A DNA stretch of 64,000 nt from a virus: IMG/VR virus record IMGVR_UViG_3300042387_002391; one strand, given 5' to 3'. The translations under genes were made by a program, and so were the position numbers. Within the stretch, counting starts at the first letter, position 1. The number at the start of each line of letters is the position of its first letter. The notes beneath the pieces are model-generated. The model was not told where the DNA came from, made no database searches, and was given only the letters and a program-made list of their open reading frames with translations. Below, piece by piece: positions 37,295 through 46,868 of this stretch.

Positions 37295-38998
37295 ATGTCT
37301 AATAGATTTCACAACAAGTTTCATAGATTTAACCATCATTCTGCTGGAAGTCCGGATCCGAAGTATCCAGATGCTGGTTATGATCCAATTGCTTCTTTTG
37401 ATTCTCCCTTTCAAGGAGAGTTTTATTCAGAAGGTGATATTATTACTACACAAAATCTTTCTGCTGGAATTGATCTGACCGTTGATAGAAACGCTTTAAT
37501 AAGAAATAACTTGGTTGTTGGTTATGATGCAAACGTCAGAAACGACTTGTTTGTTGATAATAATTTTACTGTTTCCGGAAGTTCTTCAAATATTGATACT
37601 CTAGTTTATATTACTTCCGCAGTAGACATTTATAATAGTGGCGTTGGACCCGCTTTAAGAGTAAATCAGCTAAGCAGCGAACAAATTGTACACTTCGTAA
37701 ATGACGGAGTTTCTTCATTTATCGTTGATGCAAGAATTAACTCTCCAGGCTTTGTTGGTATTAACACAGAAACTCCTAGTGAAAGACTAACCGTAGTTGG
37801 AAATATAAGCGCTGTTGGAAGCACACATATTACCGAAAATTTGTTTGTTTCTGGAAATGCTTTTATTCAGGGTAATCTAGCAGTAGATTCTAATGTATTT
37901 TTTGTAGATGTATCAGCAAATAAAGTTGGTATTAATACTCAAACTCCTAACGAAGCCCTAACAATTGTTGGAAATATAAGCGCTGTCGGAAATACAATTA
38001 CAACAGCAAATGTTTATGTTTCTGGAAATCAACAAATTGATGGAACGCTTCAAGTCGGAACAGTGCCAACAGGAGCAACTGACAACGTAATTACGCTTAG
38101 CGGAGACCTGTTTGAGACTCGTTTAATTAATTCTAGAGTTTGGGATACGACTGCAGAATTTCTTAGTGCAAGAAATCTTACTGCAAATTATCTTCCGAGG
38201 TATACCAGTTTAAATACTTTAGAAAATTCTACGATTAGAGATCAATTAACAAGCTTGATTATTGCAAATGACGTCATTATTCAAGGAACACTAAATGCCC
38301 TCGGAAGTGCTTCGTTTGTTAATACAATATTCACAACAACTTCTTCGATTAGTGTAGTAAATCTCGGCGAAGGTCCTGCTTTATATGTTTTCCAGGCATC
38401 AGGTCCGCATGACGTTGCTTCCTTTTATGACGGAGACGGCATTGAGGTATTGCACGTCGGAAATGCTCAACCAAGCGGCTTAGGCAGAATTGGCATAAAT
38501 ACAGGAGAACCAAATGTTGAGTTAACAGTAAACGGGTCAATATCTGCTACTGGAAATGTTGACATTACAGGCAGATATTTGAGTGGCGGTCAAGATATTT
38601 CTCTAATTGTTTCCAACATAGTTTTAAACAGTGATTTGTACAACATGGTTCCTCTTTCTGGCGGAAGCTTGACTGGAATCATTAAACCCAATACGGTTTT
38701 GATAAATCCTTCAGCTGTAACAGAACTACCGCTTACAGGAAACGACATTGAATTTCTCGGACAAATTTCCGATATTACGATTACATCTTTTCTAAGCGGA
38801 ACAAGAGGAGTCACTTATACGCTAACAAACAAAGAAACGTACTCCGTAACAATAAGTTCTTCTCCAACAATCTACGTAAGAGGAGGCAATAACTGGCTGA
38901 GTAATGCTTCAAATTATGTCTATTCTTCAATCGTTCTTTTGTCCGGATACTCTTGCTCGCTTAGAGCTGATTCAAGCGATGTCGTTTCAGTTTGGTAA
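37295..38998 (+). CDS. Fibre-like structural protein
   Basis: Three (V/I)GINT..P...LT..G.ISA.G repeats and two GPAL.V.Q repeats. N-terminal RFHNKFHR.NHH. Confidence 0.7.
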   Translation: MSNRFHNKFHRFNHHSAGSPDPKYPDAGYDPIASFDSPFQGEFYSEGDIITTQNLSAGIDLTVDRNALIRNNLVVGYDANVRNDLFVDNNFTVSGSSSNIDTLVYITSAVDIYNSGVGPALRVNQLSSEQIVHFVNDGVSSFIVDARINSPGFVGINTETPSERLTVVGNISAVGSTHITENLFVSGNAFIQGNLAVDSNVFFVDVSANKVGINTQTPNEALTIVGNISAVGNTITTANVYVSGNQQIDGTLQVGTVPTGATDNVITLSGDLFETRLINSRVWDTTAEFLSARNLTANYLPRYTSLNTLENSTIRDQLTSLIIANDVIIQGTLNALGSASFVNTIFTTTSSISVVNLGEGPALYVFQASGPHDVASFYDGDGIEVLHVGNAQPSGLGRIGINTGEPNVELTVNGSISATGNVDITGRYLSGGQDISLIVSNIVLNSDLYNMVPLSGGSLTGIIKPNTVLINPSAVTELPLTGNDIEFLGQISDITITSFLSGTRGVTYTLTNKETYSVTISSSPTIYVRGGNNWLSNASNYVYSSIVLLSGYSCSLRADSSDVVSVW

Positions 38999-39025
38999 TT
39001 TCAACAAATTTAGATAAATAAAAAT

Positions 39026-39448
39026 ATGCTCAACAAAGATCTACATCTCCTCGAAGAGGCCTACCTCTCAATCAACAAAAAAATGCCTTCTCTTCCTTCT
39101 GATGAAGAGTCAGTAACTCTCGATGCTAATAAAGTAGTTAGCGCAGGAGCAATGGACGGACCAGCTCCAGGAGTTGACATGGAAATGGTCGAACCGCAAG
39201 AAACTCCTTCTACAGATTCTCCAGTCAAGATTAGCATAATGCCTTCTCCGATTGACAATGAAGAAGGGTGCTGTGAAGAATGTGATGAAGAAATTGATAT
39301 GGCAATTGATAATCTCAATTCCATTCGCGAATCCATCATGAAAATTGCTGTTCATTGCGCATCCGGAGCACAGCTCGAAACTTGGGCTCAGCAAAAGCTT
39401 GCAATTGCCATGGACAATCTTGCTGGTGTTGCAAGATCTCTTCGTTAA
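39026..39448 (+). CDS. Late acidic protein, probably head-associated
   Basis: KDLHLLEEAY leader and LE.W.QQKL..A.D.L..V motif. TAAATA 5 nt upstream. Confidence 0.65.
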   Translation: MLNKDLHLLEEAYLSINKKMPSLPSDEESVTLDANKVVSAGAMDGPAPGVDMEMVEPQETPSTDSPVKISIMPSPIDNEEGCCEECDEEIDMAIDNLNSIRESIMKIAVHCASGAQLETWAQQKLAIAMDNLAGVARSLR

Positions 39449-40206
39449 GATTTCTTATTGATTTCTGGAAAATTTTTCAGAATTCCTTCAAGCAACTTTT
39501 CAAGAGTTGAATTAATTTTTCCGTCCCAAGGCTTAGAGTAGCCAGGAAAATTATTTCCTTTTTCTAGTGTGCAGTGCCAAGAAATTTGCTCACATCCCGG
39601 AAGTTCGAAAAACATAATGTGATCAGTACTAAATTCTTTCGCGTTCTGCTTTCCGAAACACCATTTTTCGACTCCAAATAATTCAGCAAGCTCTAAAATC
39701 AAATCATGTTTTTGCTGATAAACTTTGTCTTTGTACTTTGGTGGCGTTTTCTTTGCAGTTATGTTCTTATCTTCAATCTCTAAGGCAATCCTGTAAGCTC
39801 TTGCAATCTCTGAACTTTCTGCTAATTTGTTAAGTCGTCTCTTGAGTTTATTTGTGCCAATTCCAAGACAATTGCTTCTCACGTCATCCAAAATTTCAAT
39901 CAGCTCTTCGTTCTTTTGTAGTGCTTTGAATCTTTCGAGTTCTTCTTCTAAATCATATAAATCGTCTTCTTCGTCATTTATCTTTTTAGGTTGAATGGGA
40001 GCAGATCTTTGTGCCAAAAACTTCCGTGCTTCATGATTTGGAACATGCAAAATTCCTGTAATTTTAGTTTTTCCGTCAACTCTGCAGCTAATAATTTGAT
40101 TAGCTCGCTTCGGAGTAATTTTTAATTTCTCAATAATTGCTTCTCTGCTGTTTTTCAGAACAAAGTCTTTAAATTCAGCAACTGTATTAATTTCTTTTTC
40201 TTTCAT
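39445..40206 (-). CDS. Hypothetical protein
   Basis: 253 aa with FELPG.EQISWH...WDG motif. Confidence 0.65.
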   Translation of the reverse strand: MKEKEINTVAEFKDFVLKNSREAIIEKLKITPKRANQIISCRVDGKTKITGILHVPNHEARKFLAQRSAPIQPKKINDEEDDLYDLEEELERFKALQKNEELIEILDDVRSNCLGIGTNKLKRRLNKLAESSEIARAYRIALEIEDKNITAKKTPPKYKDKVYQQKHDLILELAELFGVEKWCFGKQNAKEFSTDHIMFFELPGCEQISWHCTLEKGNNFPGYSKPWDGKINSTLEKLLEGILKNFPEINKKS

Positions 40207-41461
40207 TGGTTTCTAAAAGGTTGTTTAATTCTTTAATTTTTTCTGAAAGCTCCCAATTTTTTTTAATCAATAAAGCACACTGAACTTCAAACACTTTGGC
40301 ATTCTCCAACATTTGCTGCTCTTGAATTGCTTGCAAGAGTTGTTCTCTAAGCATCATATGCTTTCTTCTCTTGACTAAAGGAATATTTCGACTGAAACCA
40401 AATTCTCTAAAGTCGCTTTCAAGTCTGTTTGTCGTTCTTGTTAATAGATAATTCTCGAAGACTTGTTTTTCTGGCAAATTACTGAAAGGCATTCTGTGTG
40501 CAACAATCCACTTTTTAAAAGCACCGAGAACAACGCCAAGCTCTTTGCCTTGCAAATGTGTCCATTCCATCACGGTCAGGCCACTAAATTTGTCTTTGAG
40601 ATGATCTTTTAAGAGCTTTTCGGACATCAATTCTTGCCAGTTTTCATACAAGTTCACATTAAAGTGCTGATTAATTTCATCAATATAAACCGTTTTATCA
40701 CGCTCTTGCTTAAAAACACTTTCTTTATTTTCGATGAATTCTAACCAAGCATGATAATCAGCACGAACTCTGTCTCTTTTGCGATTATTATGATTTAAAT
40801 TTTCAAAAGCAAAGATTTCTTTATTGAATACGTTAGCAGAAGTCAAGAACTCAAAAATATCTTTCTGTTCTTGAAATTGATGACAAAAACCTTTAAAAAA
40901 TTCTTCATGCAGATCAAAGCAATCAGGACTGTAATCAAATCCTAAAAAGTTCAGAGTTTTGATAAATGACCGCCAAGGATTGTGCGAAAGGATTGGAACG
41001 GTGCCTAATTGCTCGGAATCAGACAATTTGATTGGATATGAGAGGCCGACAATGCCCCACTTCAAACCTTTTTGCTTTAGAAGTCTTCCAAGAATATTTC
41101 CCATTGGCGAAAAACAAGAAAACAAATACAAAGCATATCGTTCATTTCTCGAAGGAACCAAAGACAAGTCAACTTGAACTCCCTTATAGTCGAAGCTGTA
41201 AACAAAAGAATTTTTAGAAATAAATTGAGGTTTAAAAAGTTCTTTGATAAGCGCTTCGTCTTGAGATCCGCTCGAAATTCCTACTAAATCTATATCTCCA
41301 AAGCTCTGTTTGTTTGCATAATGTAGAACATCAAGAAGTTTTGATCCTCCAAAAGAGTCTTGTGCAGTTCTGACTAATTCGTCAACAAGCACTGCATAAG
41401 TGTCTTTGTCGACTCTCTTTCCTTCAAAGCCAAATTGTTCTTTTAGTGCTGTGCCTCCCAT
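40187..41461 (-). CDS. Pol-beta nucleotidyltransferase C
   Basis: MGG.ALK, KQSFGDIDL, GVQVDL, GNILGR...GLK.G..GL. C-terminal G..VMEWT.LQGKELG resembles a CCA-enzyme tail. Confidence 0.75.
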   Translation of the reverse strand: MGGTALKEQFGFEGKRVDKDTYAVLVDELVRTAQDSFGGSKLLDVLHYANKQSFGDIDLVGISSGSQDEALIKELFKPQFISKNSFVYSFDYKGVQVDLSLVPSRNERYALYLFSCFSPMGNILGRLLKQKGLKWGIVGLSYPIKLSDSEQLGTVPILSHNPWRSFIKTLNFLGFDYSPDCFDLHEEFFKGFCHQFQEQKDIFEFLTSANVFNKEIFAFENLNHNNRKRDRVRADYHAWLEFIENKESVFKQERDKTVYIDEINQHFNVNLYENWQELMSEKLLKDHLKDKFSGLTVMEWTHLQGKELGVVLGAFKKWIVAHRMPFSNLPEKQVFENYLLTRTTNRLESDFREFGFSRNIPLVKRRKHMMLREQLLQAIQEQQMLENAKVFEVQCALLIKKNWELSEKIKELNNLLETNERKRN

Positions 41462-42210
41462 AACTTTAATTCGCTTGGCGAAAAATTCGTAAATGTGAAA
41501 ATTGAATAGTGCTGACCTTGTTTGTGAAGAAATGATTCATCGATGTAGTATTTCCTATATTTCCACTCATTTGGAATTATTTCAAGTGCTGTCATATCAC
41601 TTTCTGATAATTCTTTTGAATTTGCAAGCATTTGTTTTAAAGAAGGAACATTTACTTCAGGAAAAACCGTTGCAAGTAAATAAATCCTATTTCCATCATG
41701 TCCAAAAGCCGTTTTGCTTTCTTTTGGTGTCAAGCCGATTCTGAGAATCTTTTTTGCTCTGTCTTTTTCTGTAACGTGAATTAGCGTCACTCCGCTTTTT
41801 GGCAAAACAATTTCTAAAGGAAACTTTGCTTCAAGACGGCAAAATAAAGTTTCTTGATCTCTGAACTTGAACTTGGGGTTTGTTTTGGAAGCAAAATATC
41901 CATAGGTCTTTAAAATTGGATCAAGGTTTGCGATATCAAAATTTTTGTGAAAAATAAATATAACCGAAAAGACGTCTCCGTATTTTGTTTTATTTTCTTT
42001 GAACGGACGCACGTTCTCAGAATGCAAGATATCTGCTTCAAATCTCGAATAAATTGCTTTCTTTAATTTTTCTGCTCCATAAGAGACTTCCAAACCTTCC
42101 TCGAGCAAGTCTTCTGTATGCTGATTTTTAAAATTATTCAAACCAACCATTTCAAAAGCAAATTTGAAATTCTCATTGATGATTTTTTGAAATAAATTTT
42201 CAAATTTCAT
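41443..42210 (-). CDS. ADP-ribosyltransferase/Tpt1-like domain protein with capsid-targeting-like leader
   Basis: LIHVT......I...GL.PK......RIYL motif. Leader MKFENLFQKIINE. Confidence 0.55.
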   Translation of the reverse strand: MKFENLFQKIINENFKFAFEMVGLNNFKNQHTEDLLEEGLEVSYGAEKLKKAIYSRFEADILHSENVRPFKENKTKYGDVFSVIFIFHKNFDIANLDPILKTYGYFASKTNPKFKFRDQETLFCRLEAKFPLEIVLPKSGVTLIHVTEKDRAKKILRIGLTPKESKTAFGHDGNRIYLLATVFPEVNVPSLKQMLANSKELSESDMTALEIIPNEWKYRKYYIDESFLHKQGQHYSIFTFTNFSPSELKLWEAQH

Positions 42211-42611
42211 GCAAAATCCTCCAATTTGAAAAACTCTCTTTTGTTTTGCATCTGCTTAACTTTTTCTTCAGGCACGCCATGGAGATTCTGAAATTGCGTC
42301 GTAAGATGAATTATCTCCACTTCATAACCATAAGTTTTTGCAAGATCAATATAAGGACGGGCTTCTTTCTTTGTTAAAGTGGTGTTGCTGATGATTAAAT
42401 CTTGCTTGAGTCTCATAACAGATTCTGCATAGTCTTGGCACTTTTTATGACAATAATAAAGCTTTTTTGGATCAAAGTTATAATTACCTTGTTCGTCTTT
42501 CATCCACTGATCTGCTTCAAAGTTATAACGAATGCCTCGTTCCTTCATCAACTCTTGCGCTCGAGTCGATTTTCCTGCACCTGCTGGGCCTGTTATCAAA
42601 ATTAGCTTCAT
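42207..42611 (-). CDS. P-loop kinase (AAA_33/polynucleotide-kinase-like), copy 1
   Basis: GPAGAGKST, FEADQW, ISNTT, HGVP. Confidence 0.85.
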   Translation of the reverse strand: MKLILITGPAGAGKSTRAQELMKERGIRYNFEADQWMKDEQGNYNFDPKKLYYCHKKCQDYAESVMRLKQDLIISNTTLTKKEARPYIDLAKTYGYEVEIIHLTTQFQNLHGVPEEKVKQMQNKREFFKLEDFA

Positions 42612-42970
42612 TACTCATAAGCATCCCTCAAAGACGAGAGCAAGATCAACAAATTTGTTGCTCCCATTTTTGATGTGAACTTATTTTCATTCTTAGCATC
42701 TAGGATAGCATCAATTCCGTCATTTGCATATTTTTTAGTGAATGCTTTAACGTCTGCTTCAATGCCAGCATAAATCTTGTCTGCTTGATCGTCAGCAGTA
42801 TTCGAATCTTGAACGATTAGACCACTTTCATATGCACTGCGAAACTCTTCAAAATAATAATCTTCTCTCTGCGTCGAATATTCTTCGATGTCATCATAGA
42901 TCATTTGGAAAACGTCTTGGACTGTTGCAGTCTTTGAGTTTGCAAGCTTTATTGCTTTTTTAATGTCCAT
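42611..42970 (-). CDS. Hypothetical protein
   Basis: ORF in operon. Start uncertain (ATG 42970 or GTG 42982). Confidence 0.55.
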   Translation of the reverse strand: MDIKKAIKLANSKTATVQDVFQMIYDDIEEYSTQREDYYFEEFRSAYESGLIVQDSNTADDQADKIYAGIEADVKAFTKKYANDGIDAILDAKNENKFTSKMGATNLLILLSSLRDAYE

Positions 42971-43046
42971 TTTAATTTCCACGCAAGAGTAATTATCTGC
43001 CGCGGAAGATAACACTAGCGCAAATCAAAAATAAGTTAGCTTTTTC

Positions 43047-43601
43047 TCACCAAACCCAACCACCTTTTGGAACAAACAAATTGCCTCCTTGGTGCTCCTT
43101 CCACTGTTTAACAGGAGTCACGAGATCTTGTTTGAGTCTTTGAGAAGCAAACCGAAGAATGCGCAAATTTGGCCAAGCTTGATAACGAACTTTGATAATT
43201 TCATCCAGAGCCTCTACAGGAGACTTTCCTTGCACAACCCAAGCAATAATTCCTATTGCGGTCGATCTAGAAACACCAGCAAAGCAATTAATGCCAAGAT
43301 TATAAACAAGGCTGGAATTAACCAACGGTTCGATGAAAGAAATAATATTGTTAACATGCTGCTCTTGCGGTCCTTGTTGCTCTATGTTTTTTTGAATATA
43401 AGGTTCGTTGTCTTCATCTGACCAATCATAAAAATACTGAGCAAAATGAGCAATTCCTCTCTTTGCAAAGTTGCCTTTGATCATGCGAATTTTGTTCCGA
43501 TCTTCTTCGTCTACAGCAGAAATCCAAACATTCTCTCGCCCTTCTTTAAAAGAAGCAGAGACGGCCGTAGAAAGATCAGTTATAATGACATTATTAATCA
43601 T
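43047..43601 (-). CDS. Protein-tyrosine/dual-specificity phosphatase-like
   Basis: INCFAGVSRS (CX5R) and R..AWPN. Confidence 0.85.
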   Translation of the reverse strand: MINNVIITDLSTAVSASFKEGRENVWISAVDEEDRNKIRMIKGNFAKRGIAHFAQYFYDWSDEDNEPYIQKNIEQQGPQEQHVNNIISFIEPLVNSSLVYNLGINCFAGVSRSTAIGIIAWVVQGKSPVEALDEIIKVRYQAWPNLRILRFASQRLKQDLVTPVKQWKEHQGGNLFVPKGGWVW

Positions 43602-43602
43602 C

Positions 43603-43803
43603 TCAGAACTTATTCAGAAATTGATTCAGATCCCAACCGTAGACTCCGTGATCTCCACTATCGAGGATTGGACAAGTCTTTCCGCGCATGAAAGTGTCCC
43701 ATTCAGAATGGAGTTCGGAAGGCAAGGCGAGAAGAATTTCGCTTTCTTTGATTGCACTACTTTCTAAAGATAATCGTTTGAGTGTTTTAATCCAGTTGTT
43801 CAT
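43603..43803 (-). CDS. Hypothetical protein
   Basis: FMRGKTCP....GVY.WD motif, in operon. Confidence 0.6.
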   Translation of the reverse strand: MNNWIKTLKRLSLESSAIKESEILLALPSELHSEWDTFMRGKTCPILDSGDHGVYGWDLNQFLNKF

Positions 43804-44047
43804 TTAAAATAAAGATTGCGTTCTCCGTTTCGCTGATAAATATTTGATATTCTGCAATTTTTGCGTGCAATTCAGAAAGTTCTGCAACATAAGGTTTGTT
43901 GTGATCTGTTAGCACCAACATCTTCTTTCCTTCATTGTCTACAATATAACCGTAACCATCACCTTCCCAATTATGGTGCAGAATTGGAAATTTTAAAACA
44001 ATTTCTCCAAATTGCTCTTTAATTTTTTCTTCGAGAAAATTGTTCAT
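43787..44047 (-). CDS. Hypothetical protein
   Basis: ATGA-coupled start at 44047. Confidence 0.6.
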   Translation of the reverse strand: MNNFLEEKIKEQFGEIVLKFPILHHNWEGDGYGYIVDNEGKKMLVLTDHNKPYVAELSELHAKIAEYQIFISETENAIFILNEQLD

Positions 44048-44688
44048 GCTTTCTTCTCGGATTTTTTCGAATTCAAAAGGCACTCAGAAGATTCTGAAAA
44101 ACTGAAATGGTTGTTTAATTCCTTGTCGTAAGTTTTACGTGCTTTGGTAATCTCTTCATAAGCTTTTTTGAAATTCGTTGAGGTCGGACTCTCTTCAAGA
44201 ACATCAAGAGGATTTTTTCCCTTTTCGCAAGATCCTTCATCCCAAGAACCTAAGATGTTCGGATAACCAGGATATTCATAATCTGAGTCATCTGGTTGCT
44301 TAACAGTAATTGTGTCAAGCGGATTCTTTTCTTGATCATCCCAGGATCCAAGAATGTTTGGATAGGGAGGATAGTATTCCGGAAGATCACAAGAATCGTA
44401 ATAATCAGAGTTAGGAACATTTTTTTCTGTAACAGAAGTCAGTTTTGAAGCTCGACGCGCAATTACTGGATGTTGCGGACAATAAACTTTTGATTCATCC
44501 CAAGGACTCGCAAAAGCAGTTTCAAGATCCGGTTCTGAAAGCATTGTGAGGCTCGGATTATACAAATAGTCAGAAGCTGTTTTCTCCCAAGGTTTTGGAG
44601 ACTCCTTCCATTCTTTTTGAAAGAGTTTAACCTTTAGTTCCTGGACTTGTTGTTCCAGATCTTCAATGCGTTGTTCAAGATACTTCAT
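44044..44688 (-). CDS. Hypothetical protein with internal repeat
   Basis: YP.YPNILGSWD...KNPLD occurs twice. Confidence 0.6.
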   Translation of the reverse strand: MKYLEQRIEDLEQQVQELKVKLFQKEWKESPKPWEKTASDYLYNPSLTMLSEPDLETAFASPWDESKVYCPQHPVIARRASKLTSVTEKNVPNSDYYDSCDLPEYYPPYPNILGSWDDQEKNPLDTITVKQPDDSDYEYPGYPNILGSWDEGSCEKGKNPLDVLEESPTSTNFKKAYEEITKARKTYDKELNNHFSFSESSECLLNSKKSEKKA

Positions 44689-44831
44689 ACGGATCTCCAA
44701 TATCATAACTCAGCCAAGTGTTCTTGTCAACAAGAATTTCTGTTAGGCCTTCTTGTTCGTCTTGAACATAAAAGGAGTATCTTTTGAAAAACCAAAATCC
44801 CCAAGTTTCTTTGAAATAAATCTTCATAATT

Positions 44832-45248
44832 TTAACAAATTGTTCTAAATTTTGTAATGTTATAAAACCAGCCTCTAATCATCGTAAAAATATTTTTGTT
44901 ATCTTCCTTACCAAGTTCATATGCCATGAGAATTGCTCTAGTATAGTATTTTCTCCTGAAATTAGTATCCCATTGTTTAAACACCTCAAGTTGAGATGAA
45001 TTTACAATGTCGTCAACCAGCATCTTGCAGTCATAAGGAAGTTCGCTATAACGCCCTTTCTTAAGGACTGGGTATTTGCGATTCTCTCCCAATAGTATCC
45101 ATCTTCTGTCAACAACAAAGTCAACTTCTGGATCTTCTTCTGCTGTATAAAAGGACGGATAATCCACGAAATTTGTAGAGGTCATACATTCTGATAGCTC
45201 AGAAGTTAGCTTCTTAATTTTTTGTAAATTTTTTTGATGTACACTCAT
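44832..45248 (-). CDS. Hypothetical protein
   Basis: 138-aa ORF on the coding strand. Confidence 0.55.
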   Translation of the reverse strand: MSVHQKNLQKIKKLTSELSECMTSTNFVDYPSFYTAEEDPEVDFVVDRRWILLGENRKYPVLKKGRYSELPYDCKMLVDDIVNSSQLEVFKQWDTNFRRKYYTRAILMAYELGKEDNKNIFTMIRGWFYNITKFRTIC

Positions 45249-45348
45249 TTCAAGTTCAATAGATAGTCTATATGCTTTTGAAGATTAATCAAATCCTCAG
45301 CTGTTTTTAGTCCTTCTATGTTAGGTTGTGTGAGTGATATTAATTTGA

Positions 45349-45966
45349 TCATGTCCAGAAATATTCTCTACGTTTAATAAGTTCGGTTAAAATTTCTGTA
45401 TCTCGTTTTTCGATCTCTTCTTCGATTCTATTAACTTCCTTATATTTCACTTCATAAGGAATGCCGTCGTCTTTCATGTATATTCTGGTTGTTCCGTCTT
45501 CTTGTGGAATGCGCTCGAACATTTCTTCAATTGGTTTAGAAGGAGGATAAGCATTTTGTAGATCAATTTCCAATTGAGGTCTAATTTTAGTTACATATTC
45601 ATAAGCTTCTTCCAGCCATTTTGCAAATTCACTATGTTTTTCTGTTGCTTCCCAATCTACAATATCTGCTTTAAATTCGTCTTCGTAGAATGCTTTAATG
45701 AATTCAAAATTAACAGTCACTACCAATTCGGTAACATCAACCCAAGTACGAGGGATCGCTTTTCTGATCCTTTGGTTTTGTGGTTTGAAGATTGGTTTAA
45801 TTTTATCGTAATATGTCATCTTCCAACTATAAGGAAACAAATCCAAAGCATCCCAAATGCCATATTTTTCAAAAATATAACTCCTTACTTCCCCGAAAAG
45901 AGTTTTATCTTTTTTGGGAAAATCTTTTAAGCAGTGATTTTTAGCCATAAATGTTTCTTCGTTCAT
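45349..45966 (-). CDS. Hypothetical protein
   Basis: 205 aa, ending L.ELIK.R.YFWT. Confidence 0.65.
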   Translation of the reverse strand: MNEETFMAKNHCLKDFPKKDKTLFGEVRSYIFEKYGIWDALDLFPYSWKMTYYDKIKPIFKPQNQRIRKAIPRTWVDVTELVVTVNFEFIKAFYEDEFKADIVDWEATEKHSEFAKWLEEAYEYVTKIRPQLEIDLQNAYPPSKPIEEMFERIPQEDGTTRIYMKDDGIPYEVKYKEVNRIEEEIEKRDTEILTELIKRREYFWT

Positions 45967-46265
45967 ATTTGTTTTAAAAATGCTTCTTCTTTTTGTTTTT
46001 GTGCTTCAGTCCAAGCTTTTTGTCTTTTTTTAGTTACTTTATCTGCTTTTGGGGTATCTAAAAGTTTCCAAAACGTACCATTAATCATTTTTTGTCTTTG
46101 ATTATCCGTAACAAATTCTCCACAACGATGAGAATAGCTCCAACTATCAGCATTCCCAACTAACTCTGCAATGCCGCTGTGATTACCAGAAATACAGCAC
46201 ATATTGATCTTGTGCAGGAACGCCTCATATTGGGCTACTTTTTGTTTAAGAGTTGGTGTTTTCAT
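45963..46265 (-). CDS. Hypothetical protein
   Basis: ATGA-coupled ORF. Confidence 0.6.
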   Translation of the reverse strand: MKTPTLKQKVAQYEAFLHKINMCCISGNHSGIAELVGNADSWSYSHRCGEFVTDNQRQKMINGTFWKLLDTPKADKVTKKRQKAWTEAQKQKEEAFLKQI

Positions 46266-46617
46266 TTTTGATTAATTCTCCGTTTTCGTCGTATTTGTAA
46301 TCTTTTCCTATAGTACCGACAATTTCTAAAGAGTCAATTGCTATATTGGAAATTTCATAATGCCAATCTACAACCCAACAGCAAAGATCATAACTATATA
46401 TTACCTCTCCGATTATATCAATTCCTTCTAAACCATACGTACCTTTTACTATATCACCCTCATAAACCTCTTTCATGTTCTTGTCAAGGATACCAAGAAA
46501 CTGTTGAGGAACAAGAAGAGAGTCGTCAAACAGTTCGTCTACTGCTCCATTGTAATTGTAATTTGTTATAAAACCTTTTGCAGCATTGCACCAAAATCTG
46601 TATTTGTTTTTGTTCAT
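46246..46617 (-). CDS. YopX-family protein 1
   Basis: KYRFW...QQFLG..DKN.KEVYEGDIV...LEIVG.I. Confidence 0.8.
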   Translation of the reverse strand: MNKNKYRFWCNAAKGFITNYNYNGAVDELFDDSLLVPQQFLGILDKNMKEVYEGDIVKGTYGLEGIDIIGEVIYSYDLCCWVVDWHYEISNIAIDSLEIVGTIGKDYKYDENGELIKNENTNS

Positions 46618-46627
46618 TTATATTTTA

Positions 46628-46867
46628 TTATTCTATAGCCAGAGTTCCTTTAAAAGTTTCAAAACAAGCCATATTCCAATGATTTTTAAAATGTAAAACC
46701 TTGTTATATTGGTTTTTTCTTAGAACGTAACCAATTCTTTTGTCTGTAAAAAGAACAACTAAGTCTTTGCTACCTTTATGATTCCCAATAAAAGGATAAA
46801 TGAATCGATTTCCTTCAATATCTGGTTCTTTGTATTTCATAATCGTATTGATTTTATTTTCGTTCAT
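46628..46867 (-). CDS. Hypothetical protein
   Basis: ORF in operon. Confidence 0.5.
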   Translation of the reverse strand: MNENKINTIMKYKEPDIEGNRFIYPFIGNHKGSKDLVVLFTDKRIGYVLRKNQYNKVLHFKNHWNMACFETFKGTLAIE

Positions 46868-46868
46868 T

